DNA of 64,000 nt. Source: Myxococcales bacterium (GTDB lineage Bacteria > Myxococcota_A > Polyangia > Haliangiales > Haliangiaceae). Below are positions 10,650 to 23,039 of this stretch, one piece after another. The translations under genes and the position numbers were made by a program. How positions within the stretch are numbered: position 1 is the first letter of the stretch; each line of letters begins with the position of its first letter. The DNA is taken from positions 629,625-693,624 of the forward strand of contig JADJGV010000034.1 of assembly GCA_016707895.1 (NCBI GenBank), read 5' to 3'. The notes beneath the pieces were generated by a model, which made no database searches, was not told the origin of the DNA, and saw only the letters and a list, made by a program, of their open reading frames with translations.

Positions 10650-11768
10650 GTGCGGGTGGGGAACCGGGTGCCTCCCGATCGTCGGCCCGACGACGCGCCG
10701 CCGCCGACGGTGATCGACGGGCGGGGCGCGGTGTCGAACCCCGACGGCCGCTACGCCGCGTTCGCGCGGGCGAGCTTCGATGACGGCTGGGGCGAGCAGG
10801 GCGCCGACGACCCGCGGCCGGCGCCGGCGACGACGGTCACCGACGAGGCGATCCAGTCGATCATCGCGACCAACGACTCGCCCGACGTGCCGTTCGATCA
10901 GTCGGTGAACCCGTACCGCGGCTGCGAGCACGGCTGCGTGTACTGCTTCGCGCGCCCGACCCACGCGTACCTCGGGTTGTCGCCCGGGCTCGACTTCGAG
11001 ACCAAGCTGCGGGCCAAGCCCGAGGCGGCGGCGACCTTGCGCCGCGAGCTGGCGCGCGCGAGCTACGCGTGCGCGCCGATCAACCTGGGCGCCAACACCG
11101 ATCCGTACCAGCCGATCGAGCGCGAGCGGCGCCTGACCCGCGCGGTGCTCGAGGTGCTGGCCGAGACCCACCACCCGGTCACGATCATCACCAAGAGCGC
11201 GCTGGTGGTGCGCGATCTGGATCTGCTGGCGCCGATGGCGGCGCGCGGCCTGGCGCAGGTGAACGTGTCGCTGACGACGCTGGCGCCGGCGCTGGCCGAG
11301 ATCCTCGAGCCGCGCGCGGCGCGGCCGCACCGCCGGCTGGCGACGATCGAGCGGCTGGCGGCGGCCGGCGTGCCGGTCGGCGTGCTGACCTCGCCGATGA
11401 TCCCGGCGATCAACGACGGCGAGCTGGAGGCGCTGATGACCGCGGCGCGCGGCGCCGGGGCCAGCTACGCGTCGTACGTCGTCCTGCGGCTGCCGCACGA
11501 GCTCAAGCAGATCTTCGACGACTGGCTGCGCGCGCACTTCCCCGATCGCGCCGCGCGGGTGCTGGCGCTGATGCGCGGCATGCGCGGGGGCCAGCTGTAC
11601 GACAGCGACTTCGCGCAGCGCATGCGCGGGACCGGGCCGTACGCCGAGCTGCTGGCGCGGCGGTTCGCCGTGGCGCGGGATCGGCTGGGGTTCGAGCCGG
11701 AGGCGCGGGCGCTGGATCGGACGCAGTTCGTGCGGCCGGAGCGGGGAGGGCAGCTGCGGCTGTTCTGA
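10650..11768 (+). CDS. Radical SAM protein, PA0069 / Rv2578c family (SplB-like 'DNA repair photolyase' annotation class)
   Basis: GRGAVSNPDGRY N-terminal signature and CEHGCVYCFAR radical-SAM cysteine triad; GTG start per ORF track, exact start uncertain. Confidence 0.8.
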   Translation: MRVGNRVPPDRRPDDAPPPTVIDGRGAVSNPDGRYAAFARASFDDGWGEQGADDPRPAPATTVTDEAIQSIIATNDSPDVPFDQSVNPYRGCEHGCVYCFARPTHAYLGLSPGLDFETKLRAKPEAAATLRRELARASYACAPINLGANTDPYQPIERERRLTRAVLEVLAETHHPVTIITKSALVVRDLDLLAPMAARGLAQVNVSLTTLAPALAEILEPRAARPHRRLATIERLAAAGVPVGVLTSPMIPAINDGELEALMTAARGAGASYASYVVLRLPHELKQIFDDWLRAHFPDRAARVLALMRGMRGGQLYDSDFAQRMRGTGPYAELLARRFAVARDRLGFEPEARALDRTQFVRPERGGQLRLF

Positions 11769-11851
11769 GGCCGCGGCCGGGAGCCGAGCCGGAGCCGGAT
11801 CCGGAGGCCGGGGGCCTCGACGCGACGGGGGCGGGTGACCATATAGGGAGC

Positions 11852-13123
11852 ATGACCGCGCTCGTCCGTCCCTCGCCGCCCTCGAGCGGCCAGCTCCTCG
11901 GCCGCGTGCTGGCGCAGCCGGCGCTGGTCGAGGCCGTCCAGCACCTGCCGGCCAGCGCGCTGGCCAAGCTGATCGAGCACGTCGGGCTCGAGGACGCCGG
12001 CGAGCTGATCGCGCTGGCCACGACGGCGCAGCTCGCCGACGTGTTCGATCACGATCTGTGGCGCGGGCGGCCGGGGCAGGCCGAGGCGCTCGACCCGGCG
12101 CGGTTCGCGGTGTGGCTGGAGGTGATGGTCGAGGCCGGCGCCGGCTTCGCCGCGCGGCGGCTGGCCGAGCTGCCGGAGGATCTGCTGACCCACCTGATCC
12201 ACCAGCGGGCGCTCGTGCTCGAGCTGGACCAGCTCGAGCGCGAGCTGGCCGAGCTGGGCGATGACGCCGACTACGTCGAGAAGGCGTGCGACGATCGCCT
12301 GCACGTCGAGCTCGACGTCTACCGGCTGGTGGCGCGCGGCGCCGATGGCTGGGACGCGCTGGCGGCGGTGCTGGTCGCCCTCGACGAGGCGCACCACGAC
12401 CTGCTGGCACGGGTGCTCGAGCGCTGCGCGTACCTGGCGCGGCGCGACGTCGTCGACGACGGCGGGCTGACCGCGGCGCTGTCGGCCGAGGCGTCGCTGG
12501 CCGACGACGTGGCCGGCGAGCGGGAGGACCGGCGGGCCGCCGACGGCTACGTCGAGCCGCGGGCGGCCGCGGGCTTCCTGCGCCTGGCCGCGAGCCAGGA
12601 CGCCGACGCGGTCCGCGCCGCCGGCCGCGACCCGACGACCCGCTCGTACTTCCGCGAGCTGGCGCCGCGCCCGGTGCCGCGGCCGTCGGCGGCCGCCGAC
12701 GCGCTGGTCGCGCTGCTGGTGGCCAACGGGGTGCTCGACGAGGGCGCGCGGGCGCTGCCGCTGCTGCCGGGCGGCGACGACGGTGGACCGGCGGCGACCC
12801 TGCGCGCGGCGCTGGCCGACCTCGACGACGCCGCGCTGCACCAGCGGCGGATCGCCGAGCTGGTGTACCTGGCCAACGTCCTGACCGCGGGCGCCGCGGT
12901 CGACGGCCGGACGTTCCGCCGCGGCGAGGCGGTCACGGCGGCGGTGACCGCGTGCGGCCTCGGGCTGGCGCACCTGGTGGCCACCACCGGCGAGGACGCG
13001 GCGGCGATCGTCCGCCGCGACGGCGCCGACCTGCTGTTCCGGATCGGCTGGCACCAGCTGAGCGCGGGCGGCCGCGACCCGGTGCGCGCGCTGCTGGGCG
13101 GCGCGCCGCGCGATCGGCCTTGA
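11852..13123 (+). CDS. Conserved hypothetical protein (423 aa, acidic, alpha-helical)
   Basis: ATG preceded by AGGGAG RBS; protein-like composition, unlike R-rich upstream part of same ORF. Confidence 0.6.
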   Translation: MTALVRPSPPSSGQLLGRVLAQPALVEAVQHLPASALAKLIEHVGLEDAGELIALATTAQLADVFDHDLWRGRPGQAEALDPARFAVWLEVMVEAGAGFAARRLAELPEDLLTHLIHQRALVLELDQLERELAELGDDADYVEKACDDRLHVELDVYRLVARGADGWDALAAVLVALDEAHHDLLARVLERCAYLARRDVVDDGGLTAALSAEASLADDVAGEREDRRAADGYVEPRAAAGFLRLAASQDADAVRAAGRDPTTRSYFRELAPRPVPRPSAAADALVALLVANGVLDEGARALPLLPGGDDGGPAATLRAALADLDDAALHQRRIAELVYLANVLTAGAAVDGRTFRRGEAVTAAVTACGLGLAHLVATTGEDAAAIVRRDGADLLFRIGWHQLSAGGRDPVRALLGGAPRDRP

Positions 13124-13258
13124 CGATCGCCACGGCGCCTGGCATCGATCGAGTCGCGCGACGCCTGCGTCGCGCCCGCATGGAGCGCTGAGCCCGTCCC
13201 TCGCACGTCCTCGCCGTCGCAGCCGCGGCGGCCGTCCGATCTGCAACGCGGAGGCTCC

Positions 13259-14752
<1,494 letters not shown>

Positions 14753-14897
14753 CGCGTCCCCGGGCGCGCCGCCGTCCCGGCCCGCCTTCCGGACCGCCTG
14801 GCTTCCGGACCGAAACCCCGGACGGTCGGGAATGCCGGCCGCCGCGCGGCGGTTCGGCGGCTGTCGCACCCCGTCGCAGCACCGCGGGGGGGCCGGC

Positions 14898-14928
14898 TTG
14901 ACATCAGGGCGACACCTCACCTAAAAGC
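14898..14928 (+). promoter_or_regulatory. Candidate sigma70-type promoter for the gldA-like ABC operon (TTGACA-19 nt-TAAAAG), followed by GGAG RBS
   Basis: Sequence ggcTTGACAtcagggcgacacctcaccTAAAAGcgc ~50 nt upstream of ATG at 14977. Confidence 0.3.
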
Positions 14929-14976
14929 GCAGCTCTTTCCACGATCTCCAACCGGGGATGGCCCCGGGGAGCCTCC

Positions 14977-15954
14977 ATGATCCAAGTCTCAAATCTCACC
15001 AAATATTACGGTGGGAAGCGTGCCCTCGGCCCGGTCTCGTTCGAGATCGACAAAGGCGAGACGGTGGGCTTCCTGGGCCTCAACGGCGCCGGCAAGACGA
15101 CGGCGCTCCGCATCCTGGCCTGCGATCTCCGCCCGACGGCGGGCGCGGTGTCGGTCGGCGGCATCGACGCGCTGGCCAACCCGCACGAGGTCCGCCGGCG
15201 CATCGGCTTCCTGCCCGAGACGCCGCCGCTCTACCCGGAGATGACCGTCCAGGCGTTCCTCGGCTTCGTCTGCGACCTGCGCGAGGTCGCCTCGAGCGAC
15301 AAGAAGGCCAAGATCGGCGACGCCCTCGCGCTGACCGATCTCACGCTCGTCGCCGGCGAGCCGATCGGGACCTTGTCCCACGGCTACCGCCAGCGCGTCG
15401 GCGTGGCCCAGGCCATCGTCCACCGCCCGCAGCTGGTCATCCTCGACGAGCCGACCCGCGGCCTCGACCCGCGGCAGATCGTCGAGATGCGCAAGCTGAT
15501 CCACGAGCTCAAGGACAAGCACACCGTGCTGCTGTCCTCGCACCAGCTGGCCGAGGTCAGCCAGACCTGCGACCGCCTGCTGGTGCTGGGCCGCGGCCAG
15601 GTCGTCGGCGCCGGCACCGAGGCCGAGCTGGGCGCGCTGCAGGAGCCGATGTTCTCGGTCGAGCTCACGGTCCGCGTCCCCGACGGCAAGGACGGCGGCG
15701 CCGCCGCGGTGCTCGCCGCGCTGGGCGGCATCGACGGCCTGCTCGGCAAGAGCGTGCCCACCGAGCGCGGCGACGGCTGGGAGCTGCTCATCTCGAGCAA
15801 GCGCGACGTCCGCGCCGAGGTCAGCCGCGCGGTGATCGGCGCCGGCCTCGACCTGCTCCGCCTCGACGCCCGCGCGGTCGACCTCGAGAACACCTTCCTC
15901 CGCCTGGTCGCCGCCGCCCCGGCCGCGGCCCCGGCGCCGGCCCCCAAGGAGTGA
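14977..15954 (+). CDS. ABC transporter ATP-binding protein (gliding-motility-associated GldA-like, ABC-2 type)
   Basis: Walker A GLNGAGKTT, signature LSHGYRQR, Walker B LVILDEPT. Confidence 0.9.
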   Translation: MIQVSNLTKYYGGKRALGPVSFEIDKGETVGFLGLNGAGKTTALRILACDLRPTAGAVSVGGIDALANPHEVRRRIGFLPETPPLYPEMTVQAFLGFVCDLREVASSDKKAKIGDALALTDLTLVAGEPIGTLSHGYRQRVGVAQAIVHRPQLVILDEPTRGLDPRQIVEMRKLIHELKDKHTVLLSSHQLAEVSQTCDRLLVLGRGQVVGAGTEAELGALQEPMFSVELTVRVPDGKDGGAAAVLAALGGIDGLLGKSVPTERGDGWELLISSKRDVRAEVSRAVIGAGLDLLRLDARAVDLENTFLRLVAAAPAAAPAPAPKE

Positions 15955-15956
15955 CG

Positions 15957-16679
15957 ATGCGGGCGATATACATGATCTTCCGCCGCGAGTTCGCGGCCTA
16001 CCTCCGCTCGATCATGGGCTGGATCGTCGTCGGCGTGGCGCTCCTCGCCATGGGCATCACGTTCCAGGCCTTCGGCTACAAGAGCGCGCTGGCCAGCGAG
16101 ATGCTCCAGCAGTTCTTCTGGTCGAGCTCGGGCGTCGTCATGATCATCTCGGTGATCCTGTCGTTCCGGGTCATCGCCGAGGAGCGCCAGTCCGGCTCGC
16201 TGATGCTGCTGTCGACCTCGCCGGTGCGTGAGCACGCGATCGTGATCGGCAAGTTCCTCGCGACGCTGGCGTTCCTGACGCTGATCCTGGTGCTGTCGGC
16301 GTACATCCCGCTGCTCATCAAGGGCCAGGGCAAGATCACCGGCACCCAGATCTTCGTCGGCTACCTCGGCCTGTGGCTGCTCGGCGGCGCCTGCCTCGCG
16401 GTCGGCGTGTTCGCGTCGAGCCTGACCCGCGAGATGGTCATCGCCGCGGTGGTCGCGGCGATCATCGTCGGCGGCATGGTCCTGCTCTACAAGCTGTCCT
16501 TGGTGCTCGACCCGCCGCTGCGCGCGGTGTTCGCCGAGCTGGACCTGTGGTGGATCCACTTCCAGAACGGCTTCATGCGCGGGATCTTCAACCTCAAGGA
16601 CCTCGTCTACTACCTGGCGATGATCTACTTCTTCCTGCTGCTCGCGGTGAAGACGCTGGAGGCGAAGCGATGGCAATGA
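15957..16679 (+). CDS. ABC-2 type transporter permease (GldF-like)
   Basis: Six predicted TM helices, 240 aa; starts 2 nt after gldA-like stop. Confidence 0.85.
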   Translation: MRAIYMIFRREFAAYLRSIMGWIVVGVALLAMGITFQAFGYKSALASEMLQQFFWSSSGVVMIISVILSFRVIAEERQSGSLMLLSTSPVREHAIVIGKFLATLAFLTLILVLSAYIPLLIKGQGKITGTQIFVGYLGLWLLGGACLAVGVFASSLTREMVIAAVVAAIIVGGMVLLYKLSLVLDPPLRAVFAELDLWWIHFQNGFMRGIFNLKDLVYYLAMIYFFLLLAVKTLEAKRWQ

Positions 16680-18667
16680 ACACTCCCGCGAAGCTGTGGG
16701 TCCGGGTGTCGCTGCTGGTCTCGGTGGCGCTCCTGGTCACCGCCCGCCGCACCCTCGACGCCGTGCCCGGCCTGGCCAAGGCGCTGACCGTGATCGCCGT
16801 GCTGGCCTTCCTGGGCGGCCTCGGCGCCCAGGTCTGGCGCTGGCTCAAGGCCACCAACAAGCGCAAGCAGGCCGAGACCACGCTCCTGGCCTGCTTCCTC
16901 GGCCTGCTCGCCGCCGGCGTCATGTACTACCTGACGACCAAGGGCGGGCTGGCGCTGATCGGCCGCGCCGACGCCACCCCCAAGAGCGCCGCCAAGTTCG
17001 ACACGGTCATGACGATCGGCTGGCTGATCGTCGGGCTGTGCGCGCTCTTGCCGACGATCTTCATGGAGGCCACCGTCGGCGAGTGGACCGCCGACGACCC
17101 CGACGACGTCGTCGAGTTCCAGCGCACCCGCGAGATGGGCGTGTCGGGCCTGACGATCGCGCTGGCCGCGGCGTTCCTGATGGTGACGTGCAACGTCGCC
17201 AAGCAGAAGAACGTGCGCAAGGACGTCTCCTACTTCAAGACCTCGTCGCCGGGCGACTCGACCCGCAAGATCGTCGAGAGCATGAAGGCGCCGATCAAGG
17301 TGCTGATGTTCTTCCCCGAGGTCAACGAGGTCGGCGAGGAGGTCCGCGGCTACTTCCAGGAGCTGGGCCGCCAGACCGGCAAGGTCACCGTCGAGCGCTA
17401 CGACCGCCTGGTCTCGGCGCAGCTGGCCCAGAAGTACCAGGTCCAGCGCGACGGCACCGTCGTGCTGGTCCGCGCCGGCGACGACGCCACCGCCACCGGC
17501 GCCGCCGCCGAGAAGAGCGGCAAGTTCGAGATCGACACCGACTTCGACAAGGCCCGCCGCCAGACCGGCAAGCTGCGCATCCTCGATCAGACGGTGAACA
17601 CCGAGCTGCTCAAGCTGGTGCGCGAGAAGCGGAAGGCCTACCTCACCGTCGGCCACGGCGAGATCAACGACCCCGACTCGCTGCCGGCGCAGGTGCGCGC
17701 GCGCTTCCCCGACGCCAAGGCGATGGTGATCAAGGCCATCCTCGGCCAGCTCAACTACGAGGTGAAGACGCTGCCGACGATGGACCTCAACCGCGAGGTC
17801 CCCGCCGACGCCACGCTGGTGATGGCGCTCGGCCCCAAGCTGCCGTTCGAGCCGGGTGAACTCACCACCCTGGCCGGCTACCTCGAGCGCGGCGGCCGCG
17901 TGCTGATCGCCGTCGACCCCCAGGGCGACTTCGAGCTGGGCCCGCTCGCGGGCTACTTCGGCGTCAGCGTCGACCGCCACCTCATCCACGACGACAAGAA
18001 CTACACGCCGGAGCGCGGCCAGCCGACCGACAAGATGCTGGCGCTGACCAACGGCTTCTCGTCGCACCCGGCCACCACCTCGCTGTCGCGCGGCGCCGCC
18101 AACCAGGCGATCCTGCTGCAGACCTCGGGCGCGCTGATCGAGCAGGACTTCAGCGGGCCGGCCGCGGCCGCCGCCGAGAAGCCCAAGCGCACGATCATCA
18201 TCCGCTCGATGAGCGACGCCTGGCTCGACCTCGATGGCAACCACGCCTTCGACGCGCCGGCCGAGAAGCGCGACCGCTACTCGATCGGCGCCGCGATCGA
18301 GGGCCCGAAGGCCAAGCAGCCCGACGGCACCGACGGCGAGCCGTGGCGGGCGCTGGTGTTCGCCGACAACGACCTGTTCGCCGACCGCATGTTCCGCACG
18401 CTCACCGGCCAGCAGGGCCTCGACACCAACAGCCGGACCTTGCCCGACGACAGCATCCGCTGGCTCGGCGGCGAGGAGGCGTTCGCCGGCATCGTCAACA
18501 CCGAGAAGGAGAACGAGGTCCGCCAGACCAAGCGCCAGCAGGCGCTGTGGTTCGTGGCCACGACGCTGTTCGTCCCGGTGCTGGTGGTCGGCCTGGGCCT
18601 GGCCTACGCGCTGTCGTATCGCCGCCGCCGGCCGCTGGCGGTCGCCAAGATGGAGAAGACGTCATGA
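16670..18667 (+). CDS. GldG-like ABC-type uncharacterized transport system auxiliary protein
   Basis: N- and C-terminal TM anchors flanking large periplasmic domain; position after gldA/gldF-like pair; start at MAMNTP (alternative ATG 16676 forms ATGA overlap with permease stop). Confidence 0.8.
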   Translation: MAMNTPAKLWVRVSLLVSVALLVTARRTLDAVPGLAKALTVIAVLAFLGGLGAQVWRWLKATNKRKQAETTLLACFLGLLAAGVMYYLTTKGGLALIGRADATPKSAAKFDTVMTIGWLIVGLCALLPTIFMEATVGEWTADDPDDVVEFQRTREMGVSGLTIALAAAFLMVTCNVAKQKNVRKDVSYFKTSSPGDSTRKIVESMKAPIKVLMFFPEVNEVGEEVRGYFQELGRQTGKVTVERYDRLVSAQLAQKYQVQRDGTVVLVRAGDDATATGAAAEKSGKFEIDTDFDKARRQTGKLRILDQTVNTELLKLVREKRKAYLTVGHGEINDPDSLPAQVRARFPDAKAMVIKAILGQLNYEVKTLPTMDLNREVPADATLVMALGPKLPFEPGELTTLAGYLERGGRVLIAVDPQGDFELGPLAGYFGVSVDRHLIHDDKNYTPERGQPTDKMLALTNGFSSHPATTSLSRGAANQAILLQTSGALIEQDFSGPAAAAAEKPKRTIIIRSMSDAWLDLDGNHAFDAPAEKRDRYSIGAAIEGPKAKQPDGTDGEPWRALVFADNDLFADRMFRTLTGQQGLDTNSRTLPDDSIRWLGGEEAFAGIVNTEKENEVRQTKRQQALWFVATTLFVPVLVVGLGLAYALSYRRRRPLAVAKMEKTS

Positions 18668-19903
18668 AGGGAGTCATCGTCCACGGCGCCCTGCTGGGCG
18701 TGATGCTGGTCTACGGCTACCGGACCTGGACCAAGGAAGAGGCCACCAAGCCGGTCGGCGGCGAGGTGGTGATGTGGACCCGCGGCGAGGCCGATCTCTC
18801 CAAGATCGAGTTCCAGACCGAGAACCGGCTGGTGCGCATCGAGCGTCGGGGCACCGGCGCCGCCGCGTACTGGTGGGGCAGCGAGTCCAAGACGATCAAG
18901 AAGCCCAAGCCGATCGATCCGCCGCCGCCGGCTGATCCCGCCGCGCCGCCGCCGCCGCCGCCGGCGCCGGAGTTCGTCGACGAGACCACGACCACCGAGT
19001 TCCCGATCGGCCCCGAGGGCGAGAAGCTGGTGAAGCAGTTCGCCCGGATGCGCGCGATCAAGTCGGTGGGCGTCCCGAAGGACGACAGCAAGAAGGACTA
19101 CGGCCTCGCCGACGCGCAGACGTCGATCGCGGTGGTGTTCGCCGACGGCGCCAAGACGCTGGTGGTCGGCGGCCGGGTGTTCGGCGGCGGCGATCGCTAC
19201 CTGCAGGACCTCGACACCAACAAGGCCTTCGTCGTGCTCGGCAGCCTGGTCGCCACCCTCGAGGGCGGCGAGCCCAGCCTGCGCCCGACCGACCTGCGCT
19301 CGTTCGACCCGAAGGCCGCGACCGCGGTCGAGGTGGCGGCCAAGGACAAGAGCAAGCGGGTGCAGAAGATCAAGGTCAAGGCGCCGGCGCCCGACGCCGA
19401 CGATCCGCACGCGCCGCCGCCCAACGCCGACGAGCTGATCGAGACCTGGGGCCAGGGCGCGACCGCCGACACCGTCGTCGCCAACTTCCTCGACAAGCTC
19501 GAGAAGCTGCGCCCGACCAGCTACGACGCGAAGCTCGACGTCGCGTCGCTCGAGCTGGTGGTGGCCGCGACGTACAAGGACGGCAAGGGCGCGCAGCTCG
19601 GCACGATCAAGCTGTACCGCCGCACCACGCCGGCCCCGGCCGACGCGACGCCGCCGACCCCGCCGGCCGACCCGACCAAGCCGGCGACGCCGGCCGCGCC
19701 GGCCGACCCGACCAAGCCGGCGACGCCGGCCGCCGCCGGCCGACCCGACCAAGCCGGCGACGCCGGATCAGCCGCCGGCCGCCAAGCCGGCCGACAAGGT
19801 CGAGTACTTCCTGTGGACCGAGCGCACCCGCGTGCCCGGCCTGCTGACCACGATGGCCGCCGAGCGCGTCGAGCAAGACGTGCCCACGCTGTTCGGTCAG
19901 TAG
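18664..19903 (+). pseudogene. DUF4340-domain protein (GldG-associated), reading frame interrupted by +1 shift inside a PADPTKPATPAA tandem repeat; plausible C-terminus (...VEYFLWTERTRVPGLLTTMAAERVEQDVPTLFGQ*) is in the +1 frame
   Basis: ATG overlaps gldG-like stop (ATGA). Two perfect 36-nt repeat units then a single extra G before the third unit; downstream frame-A text is R-rich nonsense while frame B reads protein-like to TAG at ~19903. Confidence 0.5.
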
Positions 19904-20048
19904 CACCGCCGCGCGCCGTGTCCAGGCCGCACCCACGAGCCGCCGCCGGGCGGCTCGTCGCATTTTTCGGCGCCGCGCGCCGCGTCCCTGACGATGGAAT
20001 ACGGGCAACCGTCTTGGCGGTCTGACGGATCGAACTCACGGAGACCCC

Positions 20049-21335
<1,287 letters not shown>

Positions 21336-21381
21336 GCGCGTCGCGGCCCGGCTGTCAGACGCGTCGGTCACGATCGCCGGC

Positions 21382-21912
21382 GTGCCTCGCCAGCTGCTGA
21401 TCGCCGCGCTCGCCGCGCTGCTCGCGCTGGTCGCGGTGCGCGCGCTGGCCGCCCGCGGGCGGTCGCGGCGGGCCCGGCGGGTCGGGCGGATCGCCGCCGA
21501 CGGTGAGCTCGCCGGCGCTGCGCTGCTGGCCGCGGCCGGTTTCGCGATCGTCGACCGTCAGGCGCGCCACGTGCTGCCGGTCGACGTCGACGGCGAGCGC
21601 TACGACGCCGGGCTGCGCTGCGACTACCTGGCCGAGCGCGCCGGCGAGCGCTGGGTGGCCGAGGTCAAGACCGGCAAGGACGCGCCCAGCCTGGCCAACC
21701 CGGCGACCCGGCGCCAGCTGCTCGAGTACCAGGTCGCGTACGGCGCGGTCGGCGTCGCGCTGGTCGACGCGACCGCCGGCGTCGTCCACGAGGTGCGCTT
21801 CGACCTCGCCCCGTCGCCCGCCGCGGCGGCGCCGCCCCCACCGCGCTGGCCGCTGTTCGCGCTCGGCGTCGCGGTCGGCCTGGGCGCGGCGGCGGCGCTC
21901 GCGCTCGTGTAG
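21382..21912 (+). CDS. Hypothetical protein with N-terminal TM/signal segment
   Basis: Protein-like composition in this frame versus R-rich antisense ORF; no recognisable domain. Confidence 0.4.
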   Translation: MPRQLLIAALAALLALVAVRALAARGRSRRARRVGRIAADGELAGAALLAAAGFAIVDRQARHVLPVDVDGERYDAGLRCDYLAERAGERWVAEVKTGKDAPSLANPATRRQLLEYQVAYGAVGVALVDATAGVVHEVRFDLAPSPAAAAPPPPRWPLFALGVAVGLGAAAALALV

Positions 21913-21923
21913 GATCGTCCGCG

Positions 21924-22256
21924 ATGATCCGCCTCGCGCTGGCCGCGCTCCTGCTCCTCACCGTCGCCTGCGGCGACGATCCGCCCAACGTCGGCGCCAC
22001 CTGCACCGCCACCAGCGGCTGCGACGAGGGGCTGACCTGCAACACCGCCGCGGCCGGCGGCTACTGCACGCAGGCGTGCACGATGCCGGGCGAGACCACC
22101 GAGTGCCCCGAGGGCTCGCTGTGCGACGGCGTCATCGGCGCCGCCACCGAGTGCGTCAAGATCTGCGAGAAGGCCAGCGACTGCCGCGCCGATCAGGACT
22201 GCAACGGCACCACCGGCGGCAGCACCAAGGCGTGCAAGCCGAAGGCGGCGCAGTAG
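21924..22256 (+). CDS. Small Cys-rich secreted lipoprotein
   Basis: Signal peptide with lipobox LLTVAC; 14 Cys in 110 aa in CxxxC/CxC patterns. Confidence 0.6.
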   Translation: MIRLALAALLLLTVACGDDPPNVGATCTATSGCDEGLTCNTAAAGGYCTQACTMPGETTECPEGSLCDGVIGAATECVKICEKASDCRADQDCNGTTGGSTKACKPKAAQ

Positions 22257-22259
22257 GCG

Positions 22260-22853
22260 CTACTTCAGGTTGGCGTTCGCGAAGTCCCAGTTCACCAGCT
22301 TCCAGTACTCCTCGATGTACTTGGGGCGGGCGTTCCGGTAGTCGATGTAGTAGGCGTGCTCCCAGACGTCGATCGTCAGGATGCACGACTTGCCGACCGC
22401 GAACGGGGTGTCGGCGTTGGCGCTCTGCTCGATCGCCAGGCCGCCGTCGGCGTTCTGCACCAGCCACGCCCAGCCCGAGCCGAACTGGGTGGCGGCGGCC
22501 TTGCTGAACTTCTCCTTGAAGTCGGCGAAGCTGCCGAAGCTCTTGTCGATCGCCGCGGCGATCGCGCCGGTGGGCGCGCCGCCGGCGCTGGGCGCCAGCG
22601 AGTGCCAGTAGAAGGTGTGGTTCCACACCTGCGCGGCGTTGTTGAAGAACGGCTTCTCCGAGGCCTGGCCGTGGGACGCCTTGACGACCTCCTCCAGCGA
22701 CATCGCCTCGTACTTGGTGCCGGGGGCGAGGTTGTTCAGGTTGGTGACGTAGGCCTGGTGGTGCTTGCCGTAGTGGTAGTCGATGGTCTCGGCCGACACG
22801 ATCGGCGCGAGGGCGTCCTTGCCGTAGGGCAGGGGGGGAAGCGTGAATGCCAT
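22260..22853 (-). CDS. sodB: Superoxide dismutase, Fe/Mn family (Fe-type signature)
   Basis: LPPLPY N-terminus, HHQAYV, AAQVWNHTFYW, DVWEHAYY motifs; 197 aa after trimming ORF extension. Confidence 0.9.
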   Translation of the reverse strand: MAFTLPPLPYGKDALAPIVSAETIDYHYGKHHQAYVTNLNNLAPGTKYEAMSLEEVVKASHGQASEKPFFNNAAQVWNHTFYWHSLAPSAGGAPTGAIAAAIDKSFGSFADFKEKFSKAAATQFGSGWAWLVQNADGGLAIEQSANADTPFAVGKSCILTIDVWEHAYYIDYRNARPKYIEEYWKLVNWDFANANLK

Positions 22854-22949
22854 GGGATCCTCCTGGGTGGGCCGGGGTTCCGGCGGTGGACGCACCGTAC
22901 CAGGGTGGGGCGCGCGCGTCGGCCAACCGATGGCCAACCTATGGAACTT

Positions 22950-22967
22950 CTGCCAATGGATTGGCAG
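22950..22967. promoter_or_regulatory. Perfect palindrome CTGCCAAtggaTTGGCAG in sodB/MBL divergent region, candidate operator
   Basis: 7-bp arms with 4-bp spacer located ~100 nt upstream of sodB start and upstream of MBL gene. Confidence 0.3.
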
Positions 22968-23039
22968 ACGCGCGCCGGCCCGCAAGCCCGCACGATCGGC
23001 GCCGGCGGCGGCTGCGGCCACCGCACGGTCGGCGCTACG

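Noticed and set aside
19736-20025. Continuation of DUF4340 ORF in the original frame through to 20025
   Set aside because: After the repeat the original frame reads R/A-rich nonsense and overlaps the htrA upstream region. The +1 frame gives a credible C-terminus, so a frameshift, real or artefactual, is the better explanation.
21355-21789. 144-aa minus-strand ORF between htrA and the Cys-rich lipoprotein
   Set aside because: R/D/G-rich. The plus-strand alternative 21382..21912 has a hydrophobic N-terminus and more balanced composition, though it is itself only weakly supported.
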